Positions 63,056 to 64,000 of a stretch of DNA of 64,000 nt are shown here, in pieces. A model generated the notes under the pieces. It made no database searches and was not told the DNA's origin. It saw only the letters and a list, made by a program, of their open reading frames with translations. The DNA comes from Squalus acanthias (taxonomy: Eukaryota), in the NCBI GenBank assembly GCA_030390025.1, contig CM059432.1, forward strand, positions 42,038,001-42,102,000, written 5' to 3'. Position numbers and translations under genes: made by a program. Position 1 is the first letter of the stretch, and the number at the start of each line of letters is the position of its first letter.

Positions 63056-64000
63056 GGGGTAAAAATTCACTTGGTTGCGCCTCCCGTTAGCGCCTTAAGA
63101 GGGCGCTAATGGGGCGTTAAGCCGCTAACGCCCGGGCGCAGCGCTGTTTGCGCCGCTCGAGAACTTAACTTGAGATTGTGCGGCGGCGCTAAAACTTACC
63201 GCTGCGACCACCTGCGCGCGCAGATTGTGACGTCATTCCATGGTGCAACGCCCTTGGGGCGCCCCGGAGCGGAAATTGAGTGGCGCCCCCTGCCTTACCG
63301 CCTGGCGCTTCCAACGACCGGAAGACTGGAACATTATCAATCGGTGTGGGGCTGGGGGGGGCGCTATTTAAAGGGGGCCTCTTCCTGTCTTTTTCTGTGG
63401 TCGACATTTATGCACCACTCGTTCTGAGAGAGAGAGAGAGATTCGGAGAGAGAGAGAGAGAGACTTCTACATTGACTCAACGCTTTGTGAGGTAGTTTTG
63501 CCTAGTTCATCCTAACTTTGTTGCTACTTTAGTTGCTGTACCTCATTACTTTTCTGGCAAAGAGAATATGGGGGCTGCAATGATTGGGGGCGTCGTCCTG
63601 CTCCAGCTGAATCGGAGGATACTGAGACGCAGACAGAGAGTGGCAATGATGGCCAGACGGAGGAGGGCCATCAGGCGCATGTACAGGAGAGCTTACCCTC
63701 CCAGGGTATATCGTGAACAGCTCTCCTACATCCATATGTCTGAGGAGCTGTGTTTGCGAAGGCTGCGATTCAGCAAGGAGGTGGTCACTGAGCTCTGCCA
63801 CCTGCTGCAGCCAGATCTGCAGCCTCAGCTGAGGTCCAGGACGTCTCTGTCGGTGGCAGTGAAGGTCACAGTGGCTTTGAACTTCTACGCCACTGGCTCA
63901 TTCCAAGCTGCTGTTGGGGACCTCGCCAATATCTCCCAGTTTGCAGTGCATCGCTGCATCCGGCAGGTCACCAATGCCCTCTTCAGAAGGAGACGAGACT
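63056..64000 (+). mobile_element. Transposase-side end of a young Harbinger (continues right of window)
   Basis: GGGGTAAAAATTCA terminus; 63056-63390 is nearly identical to 1480-1814 reversed. Confidence 0.9.
63568..64000 (+). CDS. Harbinger (HARBI1-like) transposase, N-terminal 144 codons, open to window end
   Basis: Manual translation MGAAMIGG...YPPRVYREQLSYIHMSEELCLRRLRFSKEVVTELCHLLQPDL...LSVAVKVTVALNFYATGSFQAAVGDLANISQFAVHRCIRQVTNALF, with no stops. Confidence 0.9.
   Translation, partial: MGAAMIGGVVLLQLNRRILRRRQRVAMMARRRRAIRRMYRRAYPPRVYREQLSYIHMSEELCLRRLRFSKEVVTELCHLLQPDLQPQLRSRTSLSVAVKVTVALNFYATGSFQAAVGDLANISQFAVHRCIRQVTNALFRRRRD

Overview
Vertebrate nuclear DNA, almost certainly from a cartilaginous fish (shark). 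This is inferred from the CR1 LINEs, DeuSINE/SacSINE1-like SINEs and Penelope-type fragments. No host protein-coding gene is recognisable. The window is a dense, deeply nested transposon field dominated by PIF/Harbinger DNA transposons. It contains three decayed two-gene elements (DDE transposase plus a convergent, spliced Myb/SANT gene) and many non-autonomous derivatives with G-rich TIRs and 3-bp TSDs. At the two edges lie uninterrupted parts of what looks like one young family, both missed by the ORF track because their frames run off the window: a Myb exon 1 at 553-317 and a transposase ORF from 63568. Best leads: (1) MITEs whose termini match the young autonomous element while their interiors match older copies; (2) consensus 5' splice sites recurring in the MITEs, twice as back-to-back hairpins; (3) minimal hammerhead-ribozyme motifs in Penelope-derived inserts; (4) a tail-less, stop-free CR1 ORF2 enclosed by perfect Harbinger TIRs; (5) an unassigned, CpG-undepleted segment near 61.8-63.1 kb. 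All alignments were done by eye and no database search was run. I cannot establish a wholly new biological system from this sequence alone.
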